Shown here: positions 62,874 to 64,000 of the stretch, one piece after another
How the letters are laid out: each line of letters starts with the position of its first letter
Position numbering within the stretch: position 1 is the first letter of the stretch
NCBI GenBank assembly: GCA_051294375.1
Contig: CM119264.1
Coordinates: forward strand, 31,501,477-31,565,476
DNA length: 64,000 bases
Source: Paraspadella gotoi
Taxonomy: Eukaryota > Animalia > Chaetognatha
Reading direction: 5' to 3'
Notes under the pieces: generated by a model
What the model saw: the letters and a program-made list of their open reading frames with translations, nothing else
Told to the model about the DNA's origin: nothing
The model's database searches: none
Translations under genes and position numbers: made by a program

Positions 62874-64000
62874 GAGAAGAGAAGAAGCAACGGACCATAA
62901 ACGGATGAACTGGATTGAAAATTCTCCAGGATCGAAAAACCTGTTGATTAAATCCTGTTTAAAATCATGTTTCATATCATACACAGTTTATCTTAAATCT
63001 TTTATACTTAGGTTCTTTAATTCTTTACTATTTAAAATATTTAAATATATCTTTTCAGCAACCTCAATGCATGTGGCAAAAAAGCAATACCAGTTAATAT
63101 TTTCTCAGATGTTTAAGCTTTATGTTAAATAACATTTTTAAATCTTCCTCAGAGCTTATCTAAGCCAAAGAATTCGTTTTAAAAATAACAAATATATTTA
63201 TGATATGACTTGTGTCAGTCAAGTCAGCTTAATTTTGAAGACAAATTATTTAAATTAAAAATCAAAATCTTGTTTTCAAATTTTCACTGAAAAGAGAAAC
63301 TGGTTTTAAGAAATGCCTTGGTTGAATAAGTCTTTTGATTAACCTCAAGCTTAATTATCTTTCTATTATTGTTGTTTTGGTTCTTTTTAATTCAATTATA
63401 TCGTTCATTATATATATATAGCGTAACTATCAACTAAAACTAAAAACAAGGAAATGGACATAAGCAAGTAATTAGAACACATAACTGATAACAAAGGATA
63501 TTTTATTTACTGAGTTCATAATTACAAATCATTTATTGCTCACTCGTTTATCAAAACCGATAAAAAAAGCTGAATTAAACAATACTTACAAATAGGAAAT
63601 AAATTTCCAAAACTTTTCTCTAACAGCTCTATAGAAAGGACAGAAATTCTTACTTATGATTAAGCGCCCAAAAAACAAACTCGGAAAAAAAAGATAAGAA
63701 AAAAGAAAGAAAATAAAAGAAAAGAAAAAAGAAGGCAAGAGAAAAGAAGAGAAAAAAATAGAGAAGAAGAGAAAATAAAAAAGAAAAGAAGAAAAGAAAA
63801 GAAAAGAAAAGAAAAGAAAAGAAAAGAAAAGAAAAGAAAAGAAGAGAAAAAAAAGAGATGAGAGAGTTTCCTCGAAGTCACGAGTCAATGACTCAAAGTC
63901 AAAAATGAAATTAAGATCGAAAAATTTGATGACAAAAAAGAGAAATTTAATTAGGAAGATGAAGAGGACGGGGAATGTGGGGGAGAGGGAGAGGAAAAGG

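Overview
AT-rich, microsatellite-dense animal (invertebrate-type) genomic DNA from a draft assembly with many N gaps and some error-prone, apparently duplicated segments. One protein-coding gene spans almost the whole window on the + strand. It encodes a type I membrane immunoglobulin-superfamily protein of about 660 aa plus an unresolved N-terminus: four Ig-like domains, one TM helix and a low-complexity cytoplasmic tail. I rebuilt it by hand from 10 phase-compatible GT-AG exons (3939-60927) plus a probable upstream exon at 1079. One intron is about 40 kb and is partly inflated by duplicated sequence. The introns carry Helentron/DINE-1-type non-autonomous elements, TA-flanked MITEs, tRNA-derived SINEs, Tc1/mariner transposase relics, a CACGG-ended element, a TRIM-like LTR pair plus a solo LTR, and Penelope-like pseudo-LTRs containing minimal hammerhead ribozymes. 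The most unusual pattern is that unrelated tandem arrays start exactly at this gene's splice sites. Two of them repeatedly copy the exon 3' end together with its donor (4 and 12 copies). Almost all ORFs in the supplied track are microsatellite artefacts.
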